Shown here: piece after piece, positions 1-9,503 of the stretch
How the letters are laid out: every line of letters starts with the position of its first letter
Numbering within the stretch: the stretch's first letter is position 1
Origin: a virus
Taxonomy: Duplodnaviria > Caudoviricetes
Direction: 5' to 3' (one strand)
IMG/VR virus record: IMGVR_UViG_3300006428_000046
Span: 1 to 51,346 of that record
Length of the DNA: 51,346 bases
Translations under genes and position numbers: made by a program
The notes under the pieces: model-generated
Seen by the model: the letters and a program-made list of their open reading frames with translations, nothing else
What the model was told of the DNA's origin: nothing
Database searches by the model: none

Positions 1-1647
1 ATGGCAAAACGCGTTTACTGTCTGTATCGTGTCTCCACGAAACAGCAGGTTGAAAAGGACGATATTCCCATGCAAAAGCAGCGGTGCCACGAATTTGTCG
101 CTGACAAGGACGACTGGGAAATTGTCAAAGAATTCAGTGAAAAAGGTGTCTCTGGTTTCAAAGTCTCCGCAAAAGACCGCGACGCGATTCAGGAAATCCA
201 AAAGGACGCTGCAATAGGTAAATTTGATATTCTTCTTGTATTCATGTTTGACCGTCTGGGCCGCAAGGAGGATGAAACGCCGTTTGTCGTAGAGTGGTTT
301 GCAAAAAATGGGATTGAGGTCTGGAGCGCGGAGGAAGGCCAGCAGCGTTTTGACAACCATGTGGATAAACTGCTGAATTACATACGGTACTGGCAGGCAT
401 CCGGTGAGAGCATCAAAACGTCGATCCGAACCAAAACCCGCCTTGCCCAGATCGTCCAGGAAGGACGGTTTCGCGGTGGCTGCGCGCCATACGGGTACAA
501 GCTCGTAAAGAACGGACGTACTGGGAAGAAGAACCGTGAGTTATACGACATTGCCGTAGAGCCGACAGAAGCGGTGACGGTTCAGAAGATCTTTGAACTC
601 TCAGATCGATATGGATACGGCGGCAGAAAAATCTCCTCCAGCTTGGCGGAGGAAGGGATCGTCAATATGCGCACAGGCGAGCCCTTCCACTACTCTTCCA
701 TCCAAAACATTTTGAGAAATATCATGTACGTCGGAATCCTACGCAGCGGAGAGACGCAGTCCGAAATTTTTTCAGAACTGCAGATCGTGGAACCGGAGCA
801 GTTTCAGAGAGTGGAAAAAGCCCGTGAACAGCGCAGCGCCGAGTACGAAGAAAAATGTGCTGCGGCAGCGCAAACGGTGGAATTGGCAGACGGTGAGGAA
901 ATTGAGGTGTCACGTCCCGACAGAATGTGTCCGCGGCGAAATGTCGGCAGGACATTGCTTTCCGGAAATGTTTATTGCGGTCACTGCGGTGGCCGCATTT
1001 TTGCGTCCACCGCTCGTAAAAGCCATCATGCCATGAACGGCGAGGTACGGGAGCGAATTCCCATCTACAAATGCTACAATCGAACGCAGCATAGAGACCT
1101 GTGCGACGGCCCTTCTACCTATCGCGCAGAAAAGGTGGATCAGGTGGTAGATTCCATTTTGTCAGGCATTTTCTTCCGTGCCAAAGACGTGAAAGAAAGT
1201 GAATTGCTGAAGCGGCAGATCACCTCAACGACCACCACATACCAAAAGCAGCTTAAAGCGGTCAAAGCTGAGTATGTTAAGAGCAGCAAGGAGCTTTCCA
1301 AATGGGAAGGCCTGATGCTGGATTCCATCGAAGGCACCTGCGTATTTACGCCGGAGCAGGTCAAAAAGCGTATGGACGTCGTACAGCAGAGCGTCAACGA
1401 TCTGTCTGCAAAAATTGAAGATTTGCAGAATAAAGCGACTGAAACCGCAGAGTTGACCGAGGAGATCAAGGCGGAACATCAGCGGCTCCTCTCCTGGGCG
1501 GAAGTTTATGACGGCGCTTCGCTGGAGGAGAAAAAGATGGTGGCGTCCTATCTGATCAAGGCCGTCACCATAAGCCAAAACTATGGTATCCGGATTGATT
1601 TTAACATTACCGAGGCGCAGTATCTCAGCGGGATGGAAATGGGATGA
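1..1647 (+). CDS. Large serine recombinase (resolvase + recombinase + Zn-ribbon + coiled coil) of a flanking mobile island
   Basis: N-terminal YRVST catalytic motif, DRLGR, APYGY, CGHCG Zn ribbon, C-terminal coiled coil. Confidence 0.93.
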   Translation: MAKRVYCLYRVSTKQQVEKDDIPMQKQRCHEFVADKDDWEIVKEFSEKGVSGFKVSAKDRDAIQEIQKDAAIGKFDILLVFMFDRLGRKEDETPFVVEWFAKNGIEVWSAEEGQQRFDNHVDKLLNYIRYWQASGESIKTSIRTKTRLAQIVQEGRFRGGCAPYGYKLVKNGRTGKKNRELYDIAVEPTEAVTVQKIFELSDRYGYGGRKISSSLAEEGIVNMRTGEPFHYSSIQNILRNIMYVGILRSGETQSEIFSELQIVEPEQFQRVEKAREQRSAEYEEKCAAAAQTVELADGEEIEVSRPDRMCPRRNVGRTLLSGNVYCGHCGGRIFASTARKSHHAMNGEVRERIPIYKCYNRTQHRDLCDGPSTYRAEKVDQVVDSILSGIFFRAKDVKESELLKRQITSTTTTYQKQLKAVKAEYVKSSKELSKWEGLMLDSIEGTCVFTPEQVKKRMDVVQQSVNDLSAKIEDLQNKATETAELTEEIKAEHQRLLSWAEVYDGASLEEKKMVASYLIKAVTISQNYGIRIDFNITEAQYLSGMEMG

Positions 1648-1793
1648 TGATATTTGTGTGGCTGTGTGGCCCGGAAAACTAAAAACCTTAGAAAACAGTA
1701 GATTAATCTCCAAAATAATGTTAAACTAAAAATTAAGTTAGTATGTCTATCAGTAGTGATAATCATGTGCTCAAGTCGAAAGGTGGATTAGCC

Positions 1794-2753
1794 ATGGCAA
1801 CCGCAGAACAAATAAAAACGCTAATCAAAGCGCATTATGATGGGAACGATGAACAGTTTAAAACAGCTGTTCTTCAGATTGCTGCAAACGAAGCAAAACT
1901 GGGACATACAAAATTGGCACGTGATTTTAAAGAATTGGCATTGAACGGAAAAGGGAAAAAAGCAAATATAATTAAGCTCAATAATGCTAATTCGATGTTT
2001 TTAGTTACAACCCCGAATGTGAGAATAAACGATTTGGTGGTCTCTGATGATTTAAGAGCTCGTATTGACAGAATTCTTAATGAGTTTATACAACGTGGAA
2101 AATTAAATAAATTCGGCTTTGTAAATCGTCGTAAAATTCTTTTGGAAGGCGCTCCTGGTACAGGGAAAACAATGACCGCAAGTGTCATTGCTTCAGAGTT
2201 GAATCTCCCATTGTATACAATTCAAATGGATAAGTTAATGACAAAGTACATGGGTGAGACCAGCGCCAAGCTGCGGCAAATTTTTGATAGTATAGAGGAA
2301 TCAACCGGCGTCTATTTCTTTGATGAGTTTGATGCTATTGGAGCGGATAGAAACCTTGATAATGAGGTCGGAGAAATTAGACGTGTATTGAACTCATTTT
2401 TACAATTTATCGAGCAAGATTGTTCAGATAGCATTATTATTGCGGCAACAAATAATCGCAAAATATTAGATCAAGCCCTTTTTAGACGTTTTGATGACGT
2501 TCTACACTATGAACTCCCAGACATAAAAGCAATTAATCATTTGCTGGAGATTAAACTGAGCAACTATGCAACGCCTGAAGCCCTCGACGATTCAGTAATT
2601 CAGATAGCAACAGGGCTGAGTCAAGCGGATATCGCGCACGCATGTGACGATGCACTTAAAGAAGCTATTTTGTCTGGGAAAAGGGTCGATAAGAGCTTGC
2701 TACAAGAAGCATTGACTGATCGTCATTCTGCCTACAAAGGCAAGGAGGCATAA
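1794..2753 (+). CDS. AAA+ ATPase, IetA-like
   Basis: Walker A GAPGTGKT, Walker B FFDEFD, AATN and RRFD; start moved to ATG 1794 (MATAEQIK) after AAAGGTGG; directly upstream of an S8 protease. Confidence 0.88.
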   Translation: MATAEQIKTLIKAHYDGNDEQFKTAVLQIAANEAKLGHTKLARDFKELALNGKGKKANIIKLNNANSMFLVTTPNVRINDLVVSDDLRARIDRILNEFIQRGKLNKFGFVNRRKILLEGAPGTGKTMTASVIASELNLPLYTIQMDKLMTKYMGETSAKLRQIFDSIEESTGVYFFDEFDAIGADRNLDNEVGEIRRVLNSFLQFIEQDCSDSIIIAATNNRKILDQALFRRFDDVLHYELPDIKAINHLLEIKLSNYATPEALDDSVIQIATGLSQADIAHACDDALKEAILSGKRVDKSLLQEALTDRHSAYKGKEA

Positions 2754-2756
2754 GAT

Positions 2757-5204
2757 ATGAGCATGTACCGCAATATTTTTTTAAAAGACACTGCTGAATT
2801 AATTCCATATAGATCTGGAAAACGTGTGATTAATGCAGGTGAGCTTCCACAAAGAGATCGCCGCTCACATGGTGAATGGTTAATTAGGCAGTTTAATATT
2901 GCGCGTACGGAATCTAAATCATATACACCTTCAATGGTAGCAGCCATAAAAGCAAAGCAAGGGATGTATGTTGAATTTACAGGGAGAGAAGGCTTTGACC
3001 TTGTAACGAAGGGGCTTGAGAACATTCGATCCCATATAAGGTTGTTAAATGTCCGGTCAGAGGAGAATTCTGCAACTATTTACATCCCAGAGGGAAAAGA
3101 ATCATTAGTTATCAAAAAAATCTCGAGCTATGTTGAAGAAAATACGAAGAACGGTGATCCCAAAAATAACGCGCTAATCGCAAGCATTGAACAGATTAAG
3201 GCAGCAACAATTGAGGCATTTTGGATTGGAGACAAAACGGAGATACCCAAGGAAATTGCAGTATGGTGTGAAGTGTGGCTTCGAACCGAGGACAATAATG
3301 ACATTGCTGTAAGAAATGCCTTTTTTAGTCTGTGTGATGAGTTAAAAATAGAACACAAAAATGAATATATAGAATTTCCAGAACGAAATGTAGTTTTGGC
3401 AAAGGTAAACTATCAAAATCTTCAAGATATTATTGGCGTAAGTGATAGTCTTGCCGAGCTTCGAATAGCCCCTGAAAGTGCGACATCTTTTATAAATATG
3501 CCTCCGCAGGAAGATGGCGATTGGGTAGAAGATTTGAAAACCCGCCTGACTATACGGGATTCGAACAGCGCAGTTTGCATATTAGATACAGGAATTGCTT
3601 TCGCACACCCTTTGTTGGAGCAGTCCATATCTGAAACAGATGCACAAGCTGTCGTGCCGACATGGGGCGTTGCGGATCACGAGGGCCATGGAACAGGCAT
3701 GGCTGGCATCGCATTGTACAACGATTTGCAAAAAGCCTTAGAGTCTGCTAATAAGGTCTTGTTAACTCACTCCTTGGAATCCGTGAAGATTTTGCCGCCA
3801 AAAGGCGCGAATCAGGAAGAACTGTACGGCGCCATTACGCAACAAGGTACTTTGCTGGCGGAAATTGATCATCCTGGCCGTAATCGAGTCTTCTGCATGG
3901 CAATTACAGCAGACGATAAGGCCAAAGATGGTCGTCCCTCCTCTTGGTCGGGTGCTATTGACAGTTTAGCATCAGGCGCAGAGGATGGGACGCACAGGCT
4001 GATGCTTGTGTCTGCCGGAAATATTGAATCAAGCAATTTACAAAGCCTTGGATACCCCACGGCGAATACTCTTTTTTCTGTTGAAAATCCTGGACAAGCG
4101 TGGAATGCAATTACCATCGGAGCTTATGCAAATATTGTACAGACAAAGATCCCAAATTACCATGCAGTAGCCGATGTAGGAGATTTATCTCCACATAGCA
4201 CCACATCTCTTCTTTGGCAGTCCAAATGGCCAATTAAGCCGGATATTCTTTGCGCTGGTGGAAACATGGCAACGGATGGAACATTTTACACAGATTGCGA
4301 TGATCTTTCCTTACTTACTTTAAATCGTGATTTTGTTCATCATGCTTTCGAAACTTCTCGTGCAACGAGTGCAGCAACCGCTCAAGCTGCTTGGATGGCC
4401 GCAAAAATACAAGCGCAATACCCTGACTTGTGGCCTGAGACAATTCGAGCTCTGCTGATTCATTCCGCTCAGTGGACAGACAAAATGGTTACAATGTTCA
4501 ATCGCGATGGGAAGAAAACCACAGGATTAAGGCAGCTCTTTCGAATGTGTGGCTATGGGATTCCCAATCTTAAAAAAGCTTTGCATTGTGTTGATAATAG
4601 TGTCAATATGATCATTCAGGGTGAATTACAGCCATATCAAAAGCTCCCCGATAGATGTGCAATGAACGAAATGCATCTTCACTCTGTTCCTTGGCCGTGT
4701 GATTTACTTCAAGAACTCGGTGATACCCCTGTAACAATGCGAATTACCCTGTCCTATTTTATTGAACCAGGCCCTGGAGAAGTGGGCTGGAAGGATAAGT
4801 ATCGGTATCCATCTTGCGGCCTTCGCTTCGATGTAAATAAACCAGGTGAATTAAAGGGCGAGTTTATTCGGCGGGTTAACGTCGCAATGCGAGATGAAGA
4901 AGATGGCTCGGATTCAAGTAATGATGGTGGAAGCAATCGATGGATACTTGGCAAAGGGTTACGCGATGTTGGTTCTATTCATTCTGATTCTTGGACCGGT
5001 ACAGCAGCAGATCTATGTCAAAGCCACTACATTGCTGTTTATCCCACTATTGGGTGGTGGAGACAGCGTGCAAATCTAAAAATGTATAGCAAACATGTAC
5101 GCTATGCTTTAGTAGTATCTATATCTACACCATCGTCTGATATTGATCTTTACACACCTATAGTAACGCAGATTAAAATTCCGATTGAAATTTACAGTGA
5201 ATAA
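2757..5204 (+). CDS. S8 (subtilisin-like) serine protease, IetS-like
   Basis: Catalytic motifs LDTG, GHGTGMAG, SAGN and ATSAA; C-terminal GWW/RYALVVSI segment typical of ATPase-associated S8 proteases. Confidence 0.88.
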   Translation: MSMYRNIFLKDTAELIPYRSGKRVINAGELPQRDRRSHGEWLIRQFNIARTESKSYTPSMVAAIKAKQGMYVEFTGREGFDLVTKGLENIRSHIRLLNVRSEENSATIYIPEGKESLVIKKISSYVEENTKNGDPKNNALIASIEQIKAATIEAFWIGDKTEIPKEIAVWCEVWLRTEDNNDIAVRNAFFSLCDELKIEHKNEYIEFPERNVVLAKVNYQNLQDIIGVSDSLAELRIAPESATSFINMPPQEDGDWVEDLKTRLTIRDSNSAVCILDTGIAFAHPLLEQSISETDAQAVVPTWGVADHEGHGTGMAGIALYNDLQKALESANKVLLTHSLESVKILPPKGANQEELYGAITQQGTLLAEIDHPGRNRVFCMAITADDKAKDGRPSSWSGAIDSLASGAEDGTHRLMLVSAGNIESSNLQSLGYPTANTLFSVENPGQAWNAITIGAYANIVQTKIPNYHAVADVGDLSPHSTTSLLWQSKWPIKPDILCAGGNMATDGTFYTDCDDLSLLTLNRDFVHHAFETSRATSAATAQAAWMAAKIQAQYPDLWPETIRALLIHSAQWTDKMVTMFNRDGKKTTGLRQLFRMCGYGIPNLKKALHCVDNSVNMIIQGELQPYQKLPDRCAMNEMHLHSVPWPCDLLQELGDTPVTMRITLSYFIEPGPGEVGWKDKYRYPSCGLRFDVNKPGELKGEFIRRVNVAMRDEEDGSDSSNDGGSNRWILGKGLRDVGSIHSDSWTGTAADLCQSHYIAVYPTIGWWRQRANLKMYSKHVRYALVVSISTPSSDIDLYTPIVTQIKIPIEIYSE

Positions 5205-5339
5205 AGTGAAATCCATATATATTCTATCAATTCAAAAGATGCGAACCGCGCGCGTTACTTCCGCTGCGTGGTTCGCATCCCCACCCTAAATTCAGGCAAT
5301 TTTTAAGCGAGGGACAAGGGCCCGCTTTGCGGGCCGTTC

Positions 5340-5398
5340 GGGAGAGCGTACGGTTCGCATCCGTAAGGTCGAGAGTTCGATCCTCTTCGTCTCCACCA
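5340..5398 (+). tRNA. tRNA-Ala(CGC) 3' remnant (5' acceptor strand and part of the D arm missing)
   Basis: GGGAGAGCG-TACGG-TT CGC AT-CCGTA-AGGTC-GAGAG-TTCGATC-CTCTT-CGTCTCC-ACCA; anticodon and T arms fold, but the upstream sequence cannot pair with CGTCTCC. Confidence 0.85.
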
Positions 5399-5417
5399 TT
5401 GGACGCATATCCGAACT
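5392..5417 (+). other. Left attachment site (core TCCACCA + phage arm ATCCGAACT 5409-5417)
   Basis: The arm is the inverted complement of AGTTCGGAT at 49042-49050, so the rejoined attP has inverted arms around the core. Confidence 0.82.
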
Positions 5418-5448
5418 TTTTGTGTTCGGTATGGTTTTCGTCCAAACC

Positions 5449-5492
5449 AAAATCCACCCTTTACCTTGATCGGTAGAGGGTGGATTTCTTTT
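5449..5492. terminator. Intrinsic terminator, probably bidirectional
   Basis: AAATCCACCCT-TTACC...GGTA-G-AGGGTGGATTT followed by T-rich sequence; lies at the end of the lysis genes and just after the stop of the attP-form integrase. Confidence 0.7.
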
Positions 5493-5676
5493 AGTCTTCG
5501 CCGGTGAAGCCGTTGGCCTTGGCACATTCCAAGGCTCGAAGCACAAGCTCGTCCTGAACAAGTTGCTTCTCGTAGTCTCTCACAAGCCAATCCTTGATAC
5601 CGGCGTGGCGTTCAAGGTGAACTCGGTCGTTGACAACTTTGCCGACATATACCGAGATCACATCATCAATGCTCAT
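5491..5676 (-). CDS. Hypothetical phage protein
   Basis: 61 aa ORF with ATGA overlap to the endolysin stop. Confidence 0.6.
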   Translation of the reverse strand: MSIDDVISVYVGKVVNDRVHLERHAGIKDWLVRDYEKQLVQDELVLRALECAKANGFTGED

Positions 5677-6437
5677 GCGCCGATCTTCTGAGCCAGACGA
5701 TGCAGGAAAACAGCCATCTGCTCACGAGTGCAGAAAGCCTTGTACATTTTATTGCCGTTTGTGTCACCGGCAATGATACCTTCACCCTCTGCCCAATTAC
5801 GAGAGTCTGCGCTCCAATCAGACGGCTCCTTGGTTTCCTGCTGCGTCAAATATACGTCCATCATCTGGTTAAACTGTTCCTGAGTCATTTCCTCTTCTCC
5901 TTCCAATCTTTTATTCACTTCTTCGGCAATCTGTCCGTGACGGCTATACAGCCACTCACCAGGGCAAGCCTTGTTTGCAAACCATCTGTGTACGGTCATG
6001 TTCTGCTGACCCACCTGGCCGATCAGGGACTTGTCCGCTTTCCACAACAGCTTTTTGATGTTGTTCCGCTGACAAATATCGGTCAGAAGATCAATGAGTG
6101 CGGCATACGCTTTGTCATTGACCTCTGTTCCGCTTGTATTGCTGGCTACCTCAATGGTGATTGCCCGATTGTCATTTGAGCGAGACGAGGTACACCAAGA
6201 ACGGTTTGCTTCATCAACCACGAGAGCAATACTTCCATCACCGCCGATAGCGTAATTGCAAGACGCTCCGTTTTCAGCGTCATAGACGGTAAAACGTGAC
6301 AAATCAGCAATTTGCTTTGCGCTGTTGTTTTTATTTCCTGCGGTACAATGAATTGAAACTGTGTCTATTGCATGGTTTCTCGGCTTACCGCAGTTCGGTG
6401 ACAGGTTTGTATAACCCGCGAGAGAACTGTTGCTCAT
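5673..6437 (-). CDS. Endolysin, N-acetylmuramoyl-L-alanine amidase (Amidase_2) with SLH-like C-terminus
   Basis: IHCTA, SCNY, ITIE, VHRWF..KACPG Zn-amidase motifs; C-terminal IIAGD..TREQMA segment. Confidence 0.9.
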   Translation of the reverse strand: MSNSSLAGYTNLSPNCGKPRNHAIDTVSIHCTAGNKNNSAKQIADLSRFTVYDAENGASCNYAIGGDGSIALVVDEANRSWCTSSRSNDNRAITIEVASNTSGTEVNDKAYAALIDLLTDICQRNNIKKLLWKADKSLIGQVGQQNMTVHRWFANKACPGEWLYSRHGQIAEEVNKRLEGEEEMTQEQFNQMMDVYLTQQETKEPSDWSADSRNWAEGEGIIAGDTNGNKMYKAFCTREQMAVFLHRLAQKIGA

Positions 6438-6440
6438 GAG

Positions 6441-6707
6441 TTAATCCCCCTCCGTGGTAGTCGTGCCGGTTTCGGTGATCGTTGTCACAGCGTCCTGAGT
6501 AGTCTCCACGGCGGTTTTAACGCTTGCCGCATCAATCTTACCCTCGGTGATGATGTACGTCACAACGCTGATAATAGCGGTCACAGCACCGGCAACCGTG
6601 CTGATCTCAGATGTGCTTGCACCCAAAGCCATTGCGATACCGGTAGCAACACCGGCGATTGCCAACCACAGCTTGCGGCTGGTCAGTTTGCGAATAATAT
6701 TACTCAT
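6441..6707 (-). CDS. Holin
   Basis: KLTSRKLW start, two hydrophobic helices, EGKIDA; immediately upstream of the endolysin. Confidence 0.8.
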   Translation of the reverse strand: MSNIIRKLTSRKLWLAIAGVATGIAMALGASTSEISTVAGAVTAIISVVTYIITEGKIDAASVKTAVETTQDAVTTITETGTTTTEGD

Positions 6708-6724
6708 TGAAATACTCCTTCCTT

Positions 6725-6830
6725 GGTGAATTTAGTGACCCATTTCTTAAAATCACCATAAACTCTCTTATAGAACGCTCTCTATAGAGGACTTTATAGC
6801 AAAAAGCTAAAATGAGTCACTAAACTCACT
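6725..6830. repeat. 106-bp palindromic element, copy 1
   Basis: GGTGAATTTAGTGACCCATTT...AAATGAGTCACTAAACTCACT with an inner TATAG/CTATA pair; same length as and roughly three-quarters identical to 30945-31050. Confidence 0.85.
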
Positions 6831-6852
6831 AAAACCCCTAATTATAATTAGT

Positions 6853-7125
6853 TCAATCGCAGTCCACATTTGTATTAACTGCCGTGTCGTAGACAATGCC
6901 ACCCTTGGTGTTCTCGGCCTTGGACTTGGAATAGTACATTGCCTGAGATACGCCATACGCTGTCCATGCGCCGGTCAGTGTCACGGTCAACCATGGGAGA
7001 CTGCCGGTATAACCCTTCGTGACACAGAGGTAAGCGAGTCCTATGAAACTGATAGACAAAATCCAAATCAATATTGACTCCTGAACGAGAAGTGTTTTTG
7101 AAAAGGCTGTCTTTGCCGGTTTCAT
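6853..7125 (-). CDS. Two-TM membrane protein of the lysis region
   Basis: Two hydrophobic segments, KSKAEN motif; located in the lysis cassette. Confidence 0.7.
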   Translation of the reverse strand: MKPAKTAFSKTLLVQESILIWILSISFIGLAYLCVTKGYTGSLPWLTVTLTGAWTAYGVSQAMYYSKSKAENTKGGIVYDTAVNTNVDCD

Positions 7126-7361
7126 GACGCTTCCTCCAAATCCTTAATCCGGTTGTTTGCTACTTTCACCTTCTCGTCAATGACGGCAAAATCCTGTTCC
7201 AGTTTGTAGGTACGCTCGATAACGCAATTGTGCTTGGCAACTTTTTTCTCCAACTCTTCCAACCGATAGGCAATTAGAGCTGTAGATTTCCGATTTGCGA
7301 AGTAAGTACCACTCATGCTCCCGATCAGTGCAAGAACCGCAACGATAATTTCACTTTGCAT
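7122..7361 (-). CDS. Holin-like membrane protein with coiled-coil tail
   Basis: N-terminal TM helix then YRLEELEKKV..HN coiled coil; lysis cassette. Confidence 0.7.
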   Translation of the reverse strand: MQSEIIVAVLALIGSMSGTYFANRKSTALIAYRLEELEKKVAKHNCVIERTYKLEQDFAVIDEKVKVANNRIKDLEEAS

Positions 7362-7373
7362 TTTTGCCCTCCA

Positions 7374-7511
7374 TTACACCATTTCGTTGATGATGTCCGC
7401 AACGATGGTGCGGAGATTGAATAGATTGGGAACCTGATCGACTGTGAATACTCCGCAAAGAACCAGACTTACCCATGTCTTGACTAACCCGCTATTTTTT
7501 GTGAAAGTCAT
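7374..7511 (-). CDS. Small 45-aa protein (CD1375/XkdX-like), not in the ORF track
   Basis: MTFTKNSGLVKTWVSLVLCGVFTVDQVPNLFNLRTIVADIINEMV; RBS AGGAGG; paralog of the adjacent ORF. Confidence 0.75.
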   Translation of the reverse strand: MTFTKNSGLVKTWVSLVLCGVFTVDQVPNLFNLRTIVADIINEMV

Positions 7512-7648
7512 GCCGTTTCACCTCCTTCCAGAACAGAAGCAACCACCTCATGGAGATTGCTGAGGTTAGGAACCTGATCGAGTGTATACGCTCCCTGCTG
7601 AATGAGCTTGACCCATGTTTTTACAAGTCCGCTGTTTTCGTTAAACAT
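7508..7648 (-). CDS. Small 46-aa protein (CD1375/XkdX-like), not in the ORF track
   Basis: MFNENSGLVKTWVKLIQQGAYTLDQVPNLSNLHEVVASVLEGGETA; RBS GGAGG; ATGA overlap with the next gene. Confidence 0.75.
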   Translation of the reverse strand: MFNENSGLVKTWVKLIQQGAYTLDQVPNLSNLHEVVASVLEGGETA

Positions 7649-7670
7649 ATCTCTTTACCTCCCAAAGTTA

Positions 7671-7982
7671 TTAAGCCGTGGTTAAACCATTGGCGATTAA
7701 GATAGACAATTCTGCCAAAGCGGTTTCCATTTGAAGCTGCTGCTCTTCCTGAGCCGCTTTCTGTTCTGCCTGATAAGCGGTTTCGCTGATCTCACCCAAG
7801 GCAACGGTTTCGGCACCGTCAATTTCAGGTTTTCCGGCAACGTGATATACTGTACCGTCTACCACAATACCGTGAGCTTCGTTCTCATTGCAGAGGGCAT
7901 AGCAGCCGTTGTTCTGTGTTTTCACCCAAGAAGGGGTAGTGACCACCGCTAAAACAGAATCATCTTTGAAAATCTTATACAT
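7671..7982 (-). CDS. Hypothetical protein (possible tail-fibre assembly-type)
   Basis: 103 aa ORF overlapping the RT stop; C-terminal ETALAEL helix. Confidence 0.65.
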   Translation of the reverse strand: MYKIFKDDSVLAVVTTPSWVKTQNNGCYALCNENEAHGIVVDGTVYHVAGKPEIDGAETVALGEISETAYQAEQKAAQEEQQLQMETALAELSILIANGLTTA

Positions 7983-9123
7983 GATTTTTCCAACCTTTCT
8001 TGTTCGGATAGAAACCGAACAGTGAATTGAAATATTGATTTGTACTTTCGATCACTCGGAAACTGTTTCCTCGTTTCATGTGACCTAAATAACTGTCGTA
8101 GGAACTGCGAATGTCCTGCATGGTGAAAGTTCCGTCCATATACCATTTGTGGAACTTCCGTAATTTCTTGCGAATGATAAGGGTAGAGTCAGGGTTCATT
8201 TTCAGTACGATCTTTCCGTTCGGGGTTACAATAAACTTGGTCTTCAACCAACGGTAGAAATCTTCCAAGGGAACAATCACCGTCTTTTTGCGATTCAGAG
8301 TCAGGCCAATTTTATTACAGATCAGCTCGATACAATCAAGGCACAAGTACAGGTAATCAATGTCTTCGTGAATGGCATAACCATCATCCATGTACCGCCC
8401 ATATCCTTTGATACGAAGAACTTCTTTGCAGTAGTGGTCAAGTGGACTCGGCAGCAGAAGCGCATTGGTCTGAGAAACCTGACTGCCAAGGCCAAGACCG
8501 ATTTCACCAAAATCTTGAATGAAACTGTCTGCAACCTTTCGTGTGCGTGGGTCATGCAGTCTTCGTATCGACTCTTGAAGCAAAGGCTCATGGGGTGCAG
8601 AATCGAAAAAGCTGTGAAAATCGTAAAGCAAAATACCACCGGTCAAACCATGCTTGCGATAATGTTTCTGCAAATGGCAGATCATACGCCGAATGGCAAA
8701 GTCCATGCCACGATGCTTCAAACTGGCTGAGTTATCATAAATGAACGATGCAGAGTAGATAGGAACAACACAGTAATCGCATAAGCATTTCTGAACAGCT
8801 CTTTCCGTGATGTGAACTGACCGGATATGCCGTTTCTTTCCTCGCTCCATGATGTCAAACTCATGAAACCCACGATGTACGAATTTGCCGTTTTGCAATG
8901 ATCGGTGAAGCTTTGCTGTGTTTGGGATGATGCTGTCAATATACCGCTGAGTCGAGTTTTTCCAGTAGACACCTGTGCAGCATTTCTTCCCTGCAAGATA
9001 TAAATGTCTGAACGAAAAGACTTCTTCAAAATCGCCATAGCTCATACTTCTCTTTTCACGAGCCACATCACGCTTGGCTTTTCTACGTTGGTACCGAGCT
9101 TCCTTTCGTTCTTCGCTTGTCAT
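7975..9123 (-). CDS. DGR reverse transcriptase
   Basis: RYMDD catalytic motif, LGSQVSQ (DGR-type SQ motif), DFHSFFDS; adjacent TR and Avd. Confidence 0.95.
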   Translation of the reverse strand: MTSEERKEARYQRRKAKRDVAREKRSMSYGDFEEVFSFRHLYLAGKKCCTGVYWKNSTQRYIDSIIPNTAKLHRSLQNGKFVHRGFHEFDIMERGKKRHIRSVHITERAVQKCLCDYCVVPIYSASFIYDNSASLKHRGMDFAIRRMICHLQKHYRKHGLTGGILLYDFHSFFDSAPHEPLLQESIRRLHDPRTRKVADSFIQDFGEIGLGLGSQVSQTNALLLPSPLDHYCKEVLRIKGYGRYMDDGYAIHEDIDYLYLCLDCIELICNKIGLTLNRKKTVIVPLEDFYRWLKTKFIVTPNGKIVLKMNPDSTLIIRKKLRKFHKWYMDGTFTMQDIRSSYDSYLGHMKRGNSFRVIESTNQYFNSLFGFYPNKKGWKNHV

Positions 9124-9345
9124 AATTTTATCCTCCGTACAGTCTTATTGTTGGGTACGGCTTCTAACTGCGTAGCAATTCCAGCCATGAAATGAGCTAC
9201 CGTACTGTCGCTCACCATGCAAGCAGCGTCCGGCTGATCGCATCGAAGGATTGTTTTAGCCTTTCGGCAGGGTACAAGTCCTCCTTCCGTAAGAGGTACT
9301 GATTTCACCCAAAGGGGTTACTACGACTGACCTATCGTTGTTACG

Positions 9346-9473
9346 GAATCCGAAGGAGACACCATTCGAGTTGCTGGCGTTGTTATTGTTAGCGTTGCCG
9401 TTGCTGTTGACATTACAGAAGTTGGTAGTGTTGCTGCCGTTCGGAGAACGCTCCCACCAGTTGTTCGCAGAGC
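9346..9473 (-). ncRNA. DGR template repeat (TR); 9124-9345 is the probable spacer of the DGR RNA
   Basis: AAC-rich on the coding strand (~37 adenines); aligns without gaps to 10016-10143 and 45440-45552 with mismatches only at TR adenines. Confidence 0.95.
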
Positions 9474-9503
9474 AACAAAACAGGACTTGACCCAATGTTC
9501 TCC

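Noticed and set aside
5323-5398. Intact 76-nt tRNA
   Set aside because: The 5' sequence cannot form the acceptor stem or D stem, so it is reported as a remnant.
7975-9123. Group II intron or retron interpretation of the RT
   Set aside because: Short RT without a recognisable maturase/endonuclease extension; TR/VR pairs and Avd identify a DGR.
9256-9495. 79-aa Asn-rich ORF resembling the target C-termini
   Set aside because: It is the translation of the TR (AAC codons), not a third target, and there is no sign of independent coding function.
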